In this document: positions 36,800 through 49,032 of the stretch, piece after piece | Layout of the letters: each line of letters opens with the position of its first letter | How positions within the stretch are numbered: position 1 is the stretch's first letter | Assembly: GCA_048013815.1 (NCBI GenBank) | Contig: CM106586.1 | Span: 17,794,001-17,858,000 of the forward strand | Length of the DNA: 64,000 bases | Direction of reading: 5' to 3' | Origin: Setoptus koraiensis | Lineage: Eukaryota > Animalia > Arthropoda | The notes under the pieces: model-generated | Told to the model about the DNA's origin: nothing | The model's database searches: none | Seen by the model: the letters and a program-made list of their open reading frames with translations, nothing else | Position numbers and translations under genes: made by a program

Positions 36800-37223
36800 A
36801 CACAAAATAACAAAATTGAGTGCAACATCATCATCATTGATGGCAAGACACGAGACAAACACAAGCAAACAATGTCGTTGTGGCGTTGTTATTACTTAGG
36901 GAACAAGCGAACGAGATACGAATGAACACACAATTGAATTGTATAAATAAACGACGCGGAGGATAACATGGAACAGCGCACACACAATATAATGATATAA
37001 TAACAAGTGAAATGATTATTATCTAAAGTCACAATAGACCTAGAGTGATGAGAGAAAGAGGAAATGTTTTTGTTGTTAGATGGCAGCGATACCGTTGAAT
37101 GAGCAAGTTGATTATTGTTGTTTAACACGCTAGCTGTTGCTATTGGCGTGTTGCTGTTGTTGGCACCGTTGATGATGATACAATAGTAATAATAGTAATA
37201 ATAAAATCATTGTTGTTTTACAG

Positions 37224-38051
37224 TTAAAACGAATTGGCGGCCTCTATAGGCAAATGATGAGGATGTACACTAGTAGCAGTATGAAGACGATGATAGGGCT
37301 GGTAGTGATCGGGAAATTGGTTTTGCTCGTGTTGTGTCAAAGGTTGTGGTTGTTGCGGCTGCTGCTGGACACCATCAAAATGATTATATGAAGGATGGTG
37401 GTGGTTGTGGTGGGCACCAGACTGATATTGATGCTGATTTGTCGAAAATTGATTCTGATTTTGTTCCAATGCTGGCGCCGATAATGGCGGTGTTGTTGTC
37501 GATGTTGGTGTTGTTGGATCTGGCTGTGGCTCAATTGGTGATTGTGGCTGCTGTTGTGCACTGCCATCTATAAAGGCATGATAAGATTGATGGTGATGAT
37601 TGAGATGAATATGTTGGGGCGCTACTGAAGAGTAGTGTTGATGACGTTGTGAAAGACCGACATGATCAACGCCATCGGCATAAGGATGGTGGTGTTGTGG
37701 TAGTTGCTGTTGTTGTTGTGGTTGTAGTTGCAGCTGTTGTTGTTGTTGTTGCAGTTGAAGCTGTTGTTGTATTTGGTTGCATTCCTGATTTTGCAGCGGA
37801 AAAGTAGGTGGTTGTTGTTGTTGATGATGGTGGAGGTGGTGGTGATGCGGATGGTCCTGCTGACGGCCTCGTTTCCGGTATTTGGCCCGCCTGTTTTGGA
37901 ACCAAACCTGAATTCTGTTTGCGGCCAACTTGGTCATGCGAGATAATCTATTGCGAGCACTTGCATCAGGATAATGACCCTCCTCGAAGGCTCGTTCTAA
38001 TATATCTAATTGTTGATGAGTGAAAGTAGTGCGATGTCGCTTAGGCAACAT
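37224..38051 (-). CDS. Paired-like (PRD-class, Q50) homeobox protein with Q/H/P-rich tail
   Basis: [26 protein letters not shown]...[16 protein letters not shown]. Subfamily cannot be assigned by eye. An upstream exon is possible (cag 21 nt before the ATG). Confidence 0.88.
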   Translation of the reverse strand: MLPKRHRTTFTHQQLDILERAFEEGHYPDASARNRLSRMTKLAANRIQVWFQNRRAKYRKRGRQQDHPHHHHLHHHQQQQPPTFPLQNQECNQIQQQLQLQQQQQQLQLQPQQQQQLPQHHHPYADGVDHVGLSQRHQHYSSVAPQHIHLNHHHQSYHAFIDGSAQQQPQSPIEPQPDPTTPTSTTTPPLSAPALEQNQNQFSTNQHQYQSGAHHNHHHPSYNHFDGVQQQPQQPQPLTQHEQNQFPDHYQPYHRLHTATSVHPHHLPIEAANSF

Positions 38052-39813
38052 TCTCTCTTTCTCTCTTCTTAACTGATATCACGTCTACTATCAATGTATT
38101 ATGCTTGCGGTGGGTATATTAGTGTCTCTAATGTGTCGATTGTTGTTTGAAACTTTATAATAGTTGTTGCTGAGCTGGCTTTCGAACGATCAGATTGACG
38201 CTGTTGATCGTGGATGTTGTTCAAATGGGTTGTTGTTGTTGTTGGTGCTGCTGTTGTATAGTAATAGTGACAGTGATGTCTATGTTGCGGCGAAAATCAC
38301 AAGACGTCGACATGCGACGACGAAACAATCGCCACTAGTTTAATCACTGACTGATACATTAATTGTGTTGATACAGCTATCTCGGTTTCAAACTCTCTGG
38401 CATACACAGTTGTCTGTTGTTACTTGCGATGATCAAGTGTCGATGATTCAAGTCCAGTTGTTGGAACAAGAAGATTATTCAATTTAAGCTCTCAACTTTG
38501 TACTGTCAGCCGAGAGAGAGAGAGAGAGAGAGAGCTGATCCACAAATATTCATCGCATCGACCATGTATCTGTCTGACTGGTTGTTTTGTGGCTCAAACT
38601 AACAAAATCAGCACTTTTACAATTTTTCTTCGTTGTTTTTCCTTACTGATGATAACGCGCTATAGACACTTGATATATACAGACATCAATAGCAACAACA
38701 ACAACAACAGCAACAACAGCATATGAAGAAACAACTTTACAACTATCACTACCACTGACTATACAAGCTCCATGTATATATTTGAAGTCTAGATATGATA
38801 CGCCACCTTCACCCCTTCTTGTTCTACTGACACACATGTGTCCTTCTGTTTCTGGTTATATTCAACAGAACATTAGAATAGACACACACAGTGATATGGT
38901 CTTTGAGCCCAGGGGTTATACAGGAGAAGCAAGAGAAGTCGAAGAGAAAGAGACGACGACGAATATTTTATTATCTTCTTGTTGGCGGTCTCTCTCCCCC
39001 AGTTAGATCAAGAGACGCACGACAGTAGACCGGACCAACCGAACAACGAGATCATCATTTGAGGTGGCGGAAAGCTTTTCCTTCAAACAGCGTCCACTCT
39101 CTTTCTTCTTTCTATATAAAGAGAGATGGATATAGATATATGTTTCTATCCAGTGAACTTGAACCCGACACTCTCGGCGACCATTCTTCTACGCGACAAC
39201 AATTATTGATCAGAGACTCCAAGAGAATATGGTCAATAATTTATACATGCGCTTCATGCGGCGACCAGTAGATTTCGCTTCTTCAAATAGCGCCGTGGCC
39301 TATATGAGCCAGTGTATTGTCATCAATGATAATCATCATATTTTATGACCATAACTGTATTGTTGCCGACAAAGTTGCCGACTGTCGCCCCATGCGAACT
39401 AGCGCTTGCTTTCAATTTCACAACAATTACAACTTTTATAACGCACACAAGACCCGCGCTACATCACGTGTTGCAGTAAATGGTGTCATTGAACCTGTCG
39501 CGCGAGCAAATTCATCGGTGCAAACCAAGGTACACTAATTAGCAAGTATAGATTGTATTTGCATATAGCGTTGGTGGATGCCACCACTACAACAACAACT
39601 GTTCAGCATCTTTACTCGCTCACTGTTGTTGCTGGGCAAATTTCCTATCGCATGCGGAGGTCCGTCGTGATAGACATTGTTGGCATCAACAATAGTCGGG
39701 CTACATTATGTAAAGTAAAATCACACAACAGAGTGAAAATTCTGGCAGATATTCTAGGGGATTTTATTATACGTTTTGCAAGTTTCTCTGTTGTGCAGTC
39801 CAGCCTGCACCAA

Positions 39814-40275
39814 TCAGTACCAATCTTCCTTCATTCTTTTGAGCATTGACCTATGTCGTTTTTGTCGTAATCTCTCCTCTGAGGCTTTCTCCAATCGCGC
39901 CCTCATGGATTCTATTGTTTCTTGTGAGAGGCTCGATGACGGCGGGGGCTGCTCCGCCTCTGATATGTAACACCTCAATTTGTCCATGCAATCAGCCAAG
40001 TTCAAGGTTTGAGTTCTTGTCTTGTCCGATCGTATAATTATAAAGCCGTCTTTATTTATCCTTGTTTTGTGTATTTCGGCCAATCTTGATTTGGTATCCT
40101 CGGGCAGCCATTCGGCAGTTTTCAAATGGAAGGACACACTGACTTTTGAGTTGGTCGTGTTCACATGCTGTCCTCCTGGTCCGCTAGATCGACATGAATC
40201 CACTATAAGTTTCTTTATGGGTATGATGCCATCGAATCGTTTAATCGATTTTGCTGCCATATTTGCTGCTTGCAT
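39814..40275 (-). CDS. ICT1: Peptidyl-tRNA hydrolase ICT1 / mL62, mitochondrial
   Basis: IP..KL....RSSGPGGQHVNTTNSKV...FHLKTAEWL...RINKDG..IIRSDKTRTQ..NLADCMDKLR, plus a basic tail RLRQKRHRS..K. GGQ motif intact. Confidence 0.93.
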   Translation of the reverse strand: MQAANMAAKSIKRFDGIIPIKKLIVDSCRSSGPGGQHVNTTNSKVSVSFHLKTAEWLPEDTKSRLAEIHKTRINKDGFIIIRSDKTRTQTLNLADCMDKLRCYISEAEQPPPSSSLSQETIESMRARLEKASEERLRQKRHRSMLKRMKEDWY

Positions 40276-40736
40276 AATTTATCACATTGATGGCTAGATC
40301 CCCGCAAACGCGAATGGATAAAGATGCGAATATCATGCACGTTTTCGATGTCTTGACGTTTTTTTTTCAGCGGCAAAATTGAATCTTGTTGTGAAAACAA
40401 TTATAGCGGGGCCCCTCCCAATCATCCTGGAAAGAGAAAAAACCACGAAGAAGAGACTGTTAAATAAAAATAGTATTGTTGCAACAAAAATTTGCTCAAT
40501 CAATACGCTCAATATACGAGATTTCTGGCCTGACTCCAATTCCTCAACTCCTTCACCCCCTATTCGCCACATCTTAAATTCTCACCACGCCCGCATATAT
40601 ATGGATTAATAATGCATAACAACCAATGTATCAGATGGCAGAATGAACAAGAGAGTATATTTTTATGTTTGGGGGCTGTTTTAGTTTAATTGAGGTTAGT
40701 TTTAGGTTTATATGTATAGGATATAAGCTTTACGAA

Positions 40737-41756
40737 CTACGGTGCGAGCGATGGAAACATGAGATTGTCTTTGAAATTTGGTATCGGTTTCTGGTGTCGT
40801 CTATCGTCTTCTCTCGGTCGACGCTCTTCTCCATTCATGCGTGCTCCTCTTCCACCACGACCACCAAATCCTCCTCGTCCGCGTCTCATTGGTGGCCTTC
40901 CATCCGGTGGCCCTTTGGGGGCATCAGTAGGAGCTTCAGGTGCAACATCCTTACGCTCGCCATCCTCTCTTCGTCCTCGACCAGCAAAAGTGGGTCGGCC
41001 GCGAGTGCCTCTTGAAGGGCGCCTCCTATACTTGGGTGCAGATGGTTTGGTGGGTAGTTCATCATTGTTATTGGTGTTATCTGCTCCCGATTGCGACTTA
41101 TTCTCATTAAATGACGATTGATGCTTTCTGTTGGCAGTATTAACATTGTCCAATGGGCCTGAATTGATAGTTTGTAGACCTTTTGGTGTGTTAGTGTGTG
41201 ATTTGTTGTTGTTGTTGTTTGAGTTATCTGCTCCCGATTGCGACTTATTCTCATTATATGACGATTGATATTTTCTGTTGGCAGTATTATCATTGTTCAA
41301 GGAGCCTGAATTGATAGTTTGTTGGCCCTTGGGTGTGTTGGTGTGTGATTTGTTGTTGGTGCTTGAGTTGATTTTATCATGAGCCAGTGTATTATTGTTA
41401 GTTCTTTTGTTGAAATCGATCGATTGTTGCTGAGGATTTGTTGTCTTTTGCGATTGATTATTATTAACATGACTTTTCTTAGTATTTTGCTGCGATTGAT
41501 TGCTCTGGTGAGAATTTAATTGTTTGTCAGACATTACATCATGCTGTTTCTTGTTATTGTTTACATTTGATTTGTGATGATGTTGTTGCTTACTGATTTG
41601 ATGATTATTAGCAGTTAAAAGATTGTTATTATGAACTGATTTAATATGGGTGCTGTTCAAATGTGCCAATTTGATATTTCCATCATCTGTTGTGTCATCC
41701 AAGAAAGCGTAGCGATTCTTGACGCCAATACCATAGGAAACCGGTGCAGCAGCCAT
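40737..41756 (-). CDS. SERBP1: SERBP1/vig-like RGG RNA-binding protein, divergent
   Basis: N-terminal YGIGVKNRYAFLDD, an RGG box (RRGRGGFGGRGGRG) and a C-terminal PNFKDNLMFPSLA resembling the family terminus P.V.D...FP.LA. Confidence 0.7.
   Translation of the reverse strand: MAAAPVSYGIGVKNRYAFLDDTTDDGNIKLAHLNSTHIKSVHNNNLLTANNHQISKQQHHHKSNVNNNKKQHDVMSDKQLNSHQSNQSQQNTKKSHVNNNQSQKTTNPQQQSIDFNKRTNNNTLAHDKINSSTNNKSHTNTPKGQQTINSGSLNNDNTANRKYQSSYNENKSQSGADNSNNNNNKSHTNTPKGLQTINSGPLDNVNTANRKHQSSFNENKSQSGADNTNNNDELPTKPSAPKYRRRPSRGTRGRPTFAGRGRREDGERKDVAPEAPTDAPKGPPDGRPPMRRGRGGFGGRGGRGARMNGEERRPREDDRRHQKPIPNFKDNLMFPSLAP
41062..41355 (-). repeat. Two tandem ~147-nt (49-aa) in-frame copies inside the SERBP1-like ORF
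   Basis: NKSHTNTPKG(Q/L)QTINSG(S/P)L(N/D)N(D/V)NTANRK(Y/H)QSS(Y/F)NENKSQSGADN occurs twice, offset by 147 nt. Confidence 0.92.
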
Positions 41757-44014
41757 TTCGGTCGTATGTCCTAGGGGCCTAATGTGGTGCTACTACAATA
41801 CAATAAAATAATAAGAGCTTTTAAATAATATCCGCTTTAGTATATCTAAAATGGTGGCGCATCTGGTGGCATGATAATGGTGCCTAATCGATGCTCGACG
41901 TTCCAGTCTGCTATATGTTCAATTCGAATCGCTCAGAATCGCATGCTTCCGAATCTGAGGGTTCGGTTGTAAGAGTTGCAGCCTCACAAACACACATGCA
42001 CCATACACACACACTCCCTGAGGCTGAGAACGCACCACCATAGCCTCATTCAGGCCTTTAAAACTATCCATCCACAAGCGCACGCACACACACACACACT
42101 CACACACACATGCATCACTAAAGGGTGGTGCATGGTGCACCACACTGTATACAGGGTGAAAACGGATGCACCAAACCCCTGTGTGTAAGAAACACAAAGA
42201 CACACGCTTAGTACGCGCCTTCCGCTGCAGGGGTCGCCCTCGTTTTCGAATCAGATCCTCTTGACGACACGTTCCAGCAAGCAATCGAATCGAAACGGTC
42301 CCCACTCACATGAACATGAGATGCGCTTGTATTATAGCGAGATACATGGCAAATCAGGGATTGCACACACTCATTTAATCGACTGCTGGCCCTATACGTT
42401 GGCTCCCTCTATGCATCGCCAGCGACTCAATAAATGGTGCGTCTATTTTCGAGCGCGCAGATGAATAACGCTGCAGCACAGCAGCAATAAAGAACAGAAA
42501 TTGATGGAGTACAATTTGTGCATTTCCATCTATTCTTCAATGTTGAGTTGCTGCACCGCACTCTCACTGAAGCACATCAACGTGCAGCACAAAAGTGCAA
42601 CTTTTTGCCGCTCGTCGCGTTCCACACTGAACATGTCATTGTGGAAGGCGGCAGCGTAGCACATTCGTTCTTGTGCAATTCGTGGTGCACGCTGCACCAC
42701 CCTGTGTGTGTGTGTGCATAGGTTTTGGGGATATTGGTTGGTGTCTCGTGAGTGTTTGTGTTGAATTCTGCAGTGTGTGGGGTTTTTCAATCGCGCTCGT
42801 GCCACGGGCGACAATGTCATGGCTATCGACGCGACGCGCTCAATGCCAAACAATCCTACAGGCTGTAGGCTACAGCAGCAGGGTATTCCAGTGCACAATC
42901 AATGGTAGTGGCAGTAGTTACCCCAGTGCATATTAAAATGTTGCATTTTTTAATTGGTTCATTTTTCATCCGCTCGTCCATATGCTAATGAGCGCTGTAA
43001 GTGAGTGAGGCACGTCAAGACGCGACTTGTCACAGCTTCGATCGATATCACTATCTGCCAACAGAGAGCGCCCAGTTGCCTCAGAACGCTGCTCACCATC
43101 ACTGCGAGAGAGCAATGAAGCGCCGACCTTGTAGACTTTTCCCCCAACTCACTGTCAGTTCGTGGCTGCACCGAACGCATGATCATGTCAGTGCAAGATG
43201 ATGTCTTTCATGGTGCGACAATATCTCTGTCAATGGCTATCAAACAACACTGCTATAAAATGTGTACGAGTTTTCATTGCACGGGGGTAAACAATGCTAT
43301 TGTTGCACCTTGTTAGCTCCGAGATCGTATTTATTTGCACGATCATTGTGAGCGTTTCATTGTAATCGGATTTCGTGGAATAACTTTTATGCAGGGACAA
43401 CAACTAACAAATCGGATCTCTCACAATGTCAGAGACATTACTCTGTGGTGCTGCTTTGTGCGCAAGGCGGCGCCACAATACACTCTTTCTACTGGGGACT
43501 TATAACTGATTAATTTTGTTAGATTATATATTGTGCAGTGATAGCGACACGCACAAATAACGACAACAGAGTGCATGCAGCGTCCAGTGCATTTTTTCTC
43601 TGTTCGTTCCGGGAAAGTGGTCCTTTGAAGGGCGAACAAAATCCACGAGGGGAGCTGATGACGTTCGAAAATGTACACCAAAGCGCCAAGTGTCTTGCTT
43701 GCCGTTTCTCTTTTTGCTAACGATGCGAGTTACAATTTTGCTCTCCTACCCAACACCAGATGCAACACTGGTGGTGATCTCACAGTTGTCAGGCGCCCAT
43801 TAGTTTGTCCATCGGCGTCTGGCGGTGACCCGACAACGATCGTAACAACTTGGTTCGCCTAAACTAACGAGTTGTAAGTCCGACTCTCTGCACTAACAAC
43901 TGTAAAATGCTTTGTTGAACTGGCTGACTTTGTCTCATTTTGTTCATCCATTCATTGGTGCTGTACTGCTGCAGACGATTAACATTTCTCGACTTGCCCA
44001 TCTCTGCCGTTGTT

Positions 44015-44045
<31 letters not shown>

Positions 44046-44910
44046 TCCTGTGAGACGTTGCGAGCAGGACAAAAAATTGTAAAAAAGACAAAAGAGAAAG
44101 TGATGCACACCTCGCTTCACGCGCCCCGCAAAACGTGGCATAGTTAACTCGATTGGGTGTTTCGTATGTAGTGAAAACGCCGCCCTGCGGACGATATTAG
44201 CATAAAATGTATGAAAAACTTTCTGGCGACCCTGCGTACCACACAGTAGGGCCTGTAGTGCGGATCAGCTACAGTAGTTTGTGTATGTGTCTGCTCAAAG
44301 GACACCATCATTATTATGAATTGTGTGTTTGTCTATTCCGATAAGCTTCACCATTTGTGTGTGCGTTCTCGTGATTCATTCTAAAACCATGTTACCACAC
44401 TAGCACTGTAGTTAGCAGCAGCAGTAGCAGCAGCAGTGTGCACCACCAATCGGAATTGTTCCAGCTTACACACCATCGTCACACATATTATATCATGTGT
44501 AATACAAAATTAGTTGGATAGAAAAAGAAAAAACAAATAACGATACTGTCAGCATCACTATTGTCCCAATATAATTCACCGCTACACTAAACTATTATCC
44601 CCTACTTACCTATATATTGCTATTTAAAAAAAATCATTTATTCATACTACACACATGTTACACGCGAGACAACGTTGACTGGCTGACCTCACTGCTACTA
44701 TTCATCTAGACTATATTTATATACTAACAAAGTGATGATATGGTGCCAATGATACACACAGCTCATATCGCCACTTCAACACTTTTAAACCTGTTAATAT
44801 CAAGGACGACACACAAACACTTCCTCGGCGCGATACATTACAAATCAATTGAATCGATCAAATGAATTCTCTGGATTTCAACCTGACAAACACAAAACCA
44901 ACCAGCAAGC

Positions 44911-46610
44911 ATGGATCAGGCCCACTCGAAGCTATCATCTACGATACTTCATCAGACCCCACTACAGACTCCCCATCATCACCATGCTCATCATCATCAT
45001 CATGCCCATAAGATTTCCACCTCTTCACATTGCATTGTGAGTTCGCCAGATGTCGAACACAAGCCTCACCTCAATCATGATAGCAACAATCATAAACAAA
45101 ATAGTCATAATATTAATAGTACAAATAGTACAACAAATACCACAAATAGTACCTCATGCAATCAAAGGCATTTAGGTAATATTCAACAACAAACGCTAGC
45201 GGTGTCGTCACTGTGCACTAAATGCACTAGGAATAACAAGAAGAGAAAAACCTATTCTAATGTCAGGATACAATGTAAAATAGATCAATATCTTTTAAAT
45301 AGAGTGAATCAGCTAGATGATCAGCTACGTCTCTCTCTGCTCATGCCAAGGATGCTTTTGCCCAGCCATGATCTCATCGACTGTAAATATGCCAGATTCT
45401 ATAGAGTTGAGGAACATCCAAATGGTGGCGCTAAAGTTTTGCATATGTACTATGATGAGATTGCTCACTTATGCCTGCAAGAAAGAGATCTGATCGCACT
45501 AGATTTTTTGGAAGAGGCCTTCAGAGAGGAAAGCGATAGAGTTGCCAAGTATGTTGTTGCGGTTGTTCACAATGCAGCCTGCTATCTCCCTGATTTACTT
45601 GAATATTTTGCCGAAAAAAATCCTCATTTGACGGTCAAAACGGGTGTGATGGGCCATTCTGGATCAGATATTGAAACAACCACTATGGCTGCATATCGAG
45701 ACAACGTTCACAAAAACTATTCTAATGGTACCTATCGTGTTGGACCACTCAATCAAGTGTCATTAGTCGGAACATTTCACGAAGAAGTTGGAGGCTATTT
45801 TCCAGAATTCTTGGCTCTACTTGAAGAATCCCCCTTCTCTCGCTTTGCCACTCCTTGGGGAGAATTAAGCAATGTTAAAATGAAAACACCACAAGAAAGT
45901 AATGACGGACCAATCTTTTGGATACGACCTGGAGAACAATTGATACCAACAGCTGATTATAAATCTCCATATAAATGTGCCAACAAGCAAAGATTGAATG
46001 AACTCAAATCACTTCATCTGAGAAGAACTAGCGAACCTAGAGAAATATTGTTTGAAGATCGAACTAGGTGTCACGCCGATCAAGTAGGGCATGGTTTCGA
46101 CAGGCACACAACCGCTGCAGTGGGCTTACTCAAGGCTGTACATTGTCAAGAACCTAATCATATCAATAGAGTGACAAAAGATGTCATTGCTTTCCATGCA
46201 GGTAATTATGAAGAACTTGTGGAAAAACTTCAGTTGGATCTTCACGAACCGCCTTTATCTCAATGCATACAATGGGTAGAAGATGCCAAGCTGAATCAAT
46301 TGAGACGCGAAGGCATCAAGTATGCGAGAGTTTCTTTGTTTGACAATGGTAAGTTAACGTTATTGAATATTCTCTTTTGGCAGGAATATCTAAGTCACTC
46401 AATATATACTTAAGGGTGTTTGTTGACTAAAGCTAACTTCATGGTTTATTAATCAAATTTGTCTTTTTCTTTCCACTCTTAGATATCTATTATCTCCCGA
46501 GGAATATCATTCATCAGTTCAAGAGTGTATCAGCTGTTTCTTCTATTGCCTGGCATGTCCGACTGAAAATTTACTACAAGAACGAAAGCAAAATAGTAAA
46601 TGCAAGTTGA
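44911..46610 (+). CDS. RSBN1: Round spermatid basic protein 1-like (RSBN1/KDM9); exons 44911-46348 and 46483-46610
   Basis: [118 protein letters not shown] 134-nt GT-AG intron restores [31 protein letters not shown]. Confidence 0.95.
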
Positions 46611-46951
46611 GGCCCTCCACAAATCTGAGTTTAGCCACTAAATTTAAAACTGTCATTTGTTAACTACTCCCTTAAGCTGCTAAAGTTTCTAGCCAAAATT
46701 AGAGAGGAATTGATATCTCCAAAAAGATGTTGTGCTATACGCTTACCCCCAGTTGACATCAATCGAAACATTGATCATATAGCATAACTAGGATATTTGT
46801 GAAAATTGATCTCTTATTCTAACTCAAAAATCAATAGAATAAATTGATTTTGACTTCCAGAATATTATAAACTGAATTAATCAGATAGTCTCCAACTGAT
46901 TTAACATAGATCCTAATGCTAATGATTAAACACTGTTATGATGAATATTCT

Positions 46952-49032
46952 TTATTTTATCTTCAGGGAATCCATTGTCGAAGAACTAAGAAGTTCGTAA
47001 GAGTCTAAACGTGCGGGTTCACTAGATGATCGGTGAACCTGTGGGAGCTTGATTGAATTGAGCTTTTTAAGTATTTCATCAAACAATGGTCGGTTTTCAA
47101 CTGTCCTATCAATGCATTGTTCTATTAGTTTAACCAAGTCCTTAGGTTTATCCGAGTCGATGACACTGAGATCCAATTGTAGTTTATTTATACCAATGAG
47201 AAAAAGTATCGACTCTTTATTCTGCACCTCAGAGTAGGGGAGGAGACCAGACAGTATCTCGAAAAGTACGATACCATAAGAGTAAACATCTGATCGAAAG
47301 GTGTAGGGATTTTCTCCTTCCCTAGTACGGATTATTTCAGGAGCCATCCACAATACGGAACCTGTTGGATGATTGTATTGTTGATTACCTTCCCAACGTG
47401 TCTTCACAGTTGCAAGGCCGAAATCTCCTATCTTAACCGTAAGATCATCGTGAAGAAAGATATCTATTGATGGATAAATGTACAAGTTAGAATAATGATT
47501 GAGAGAATATTGGTAAAGTTGAGTGGCCATGTAGATACATATGTTGACAAAGTTGGTGCGTACTTACTGTTAGACTTGAGATCCCTGTGTATGATATTCT
47601 TAGCATGGAGGTAGTCCATACCTTGTGCAGTCTCTCTTGCTATTTCAATCATTTGAAGGGGTACGTATTTCGTTTCGAACACGTGTAAATGCTTGTATAG
47701 AGAAGATCCTTGGCACCATTGAGTCACAATTGTCAACTGAGGTTTCGACACACATCCCATGAACAGAATTATGTTCACATGTCGGGTCTTCTTCAACATC
47801 GCTACTTCATTTTTGAAAGCTTGCAACTGGGCTGGTGTTGGATCAACCACATTTAACTTTTTCAGAGCGACAGGACCATACCAGGTACCTTTAAAAACGG
47901 TTCCAAAGCTACCTGATCCTATCCTGGAACCCTGTTTTATCTGGTTTCCTGGAATTTCCCACTCTTCATGTGGATCTCTTCCTGATTCTGTGTTTGAATT
48001 GTTGCCAGAGGCACCGTTGACAGCGTCTTTTTCCTTTGCTTTCTTGAAACTTTCATCTGCACTTCTGGCCCTGGGTCTCGATGGCCTGTTTGGATTGGTA
48101 GGCGATCCAGCTGCTGATTGTGTTCTTGTCGGAGAATAGCCAGGTCCAGATGAGCTAGATCCGTGAGCCGATACTCCGATAATAGGATTATTATAACCAG
48201 TCTCATATGCATAGGGATATCCGACGGACAACGAAAATTCATTATAACCATTTTGGAGTGTGCAGTCGTTAGTATTCAGATATGGATTTGGAGACATGGA
48301 GGAACAATTCTCTTGTTTGACAAGATTATAGACAACATTTGGTGCGGATGTTGATCTTTCTCTCGGCAATGAAGCCTGATTGCCGCTGCGTCTAAATTTA
48401 GATGTTAGGCCATTATGGTGATTGTTACTATTGTGATTATGTTGATTCTGTTGTTGTTCCTTAGCAGCTAGTTGTCTGATTGTCGCGCTTTCACAATTTC
48501 TGGGATCTCTGGCAAGGAGATGCTTATAATAGGTGCTCTCCTCAACCTCCTTATATGGCTGACATAGTGACGGGATTGAATTGGAGCAACGCGAATGAAA
48601 TCTGATACCACATGTATAGCATCTTATGCCCCATATTAAGAATGATCTACAGAAATCACATTCGGCTAAGGTGAAGAATTGTTTGGTGGAGAAATTGTGC
48701 GATATTTGTGTGTGCATAGGGTATTCATTCTTAGTTTCTACGACTATCTCATCACCTTTGAGCATTGATACATCAACATTCCAATCTATACGACATTTTT
48801 TGTCTTCTTGATTTTGTGTTTCTTTTTTCAATCGATACACGTAACACAAGTCAGGATCTAGTTTTCTATGTCGCATAGCCCTATCTAGCGCCTCCCTAAC
48901 TGTCATACCAGCTGGTATATTGGCGGTGGTTATTTGTTGGTTCGGTAGATATGCACGAACAATGTGACATCCATCCCTGCCGAAGTCTCCCGATTTGAAA
49001 ATAGTTGTAGGAGTTGTGGAGAAATTGTCCAT
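46952..49032 (-). CDS. Raf: Raf serine/threonine kinase; exons 49032-47568 and 47463-46952
   Basis: RBD (VRAYLPNQQ), C1 (HNF...CDFC...C..C...H..C), [10 protein letters not shown], kinase GSGSFGTV and VALKKL. A 104-nt GT-AG intron restores [29 protein letters not shown]-terminal 14-3-3 site HRSSSEP. Confidence 0.96.

Noticed and set aside
43201-43212. Seed-length matches to arthropod miRNAs (miR-71 here, miR-190-like at ~54655)
   Set aside because: Matches stop at ~10 nt and there is no precursor-length hairpin.
46349-46413. RSBN1 C-terminus as given by the ORF track; likewise the 3' tails of ORFs 47464-49032 and 51407-51814
   Set aside because: Intron read-through; canonical GT-AG splicing restores the conserved sequence.
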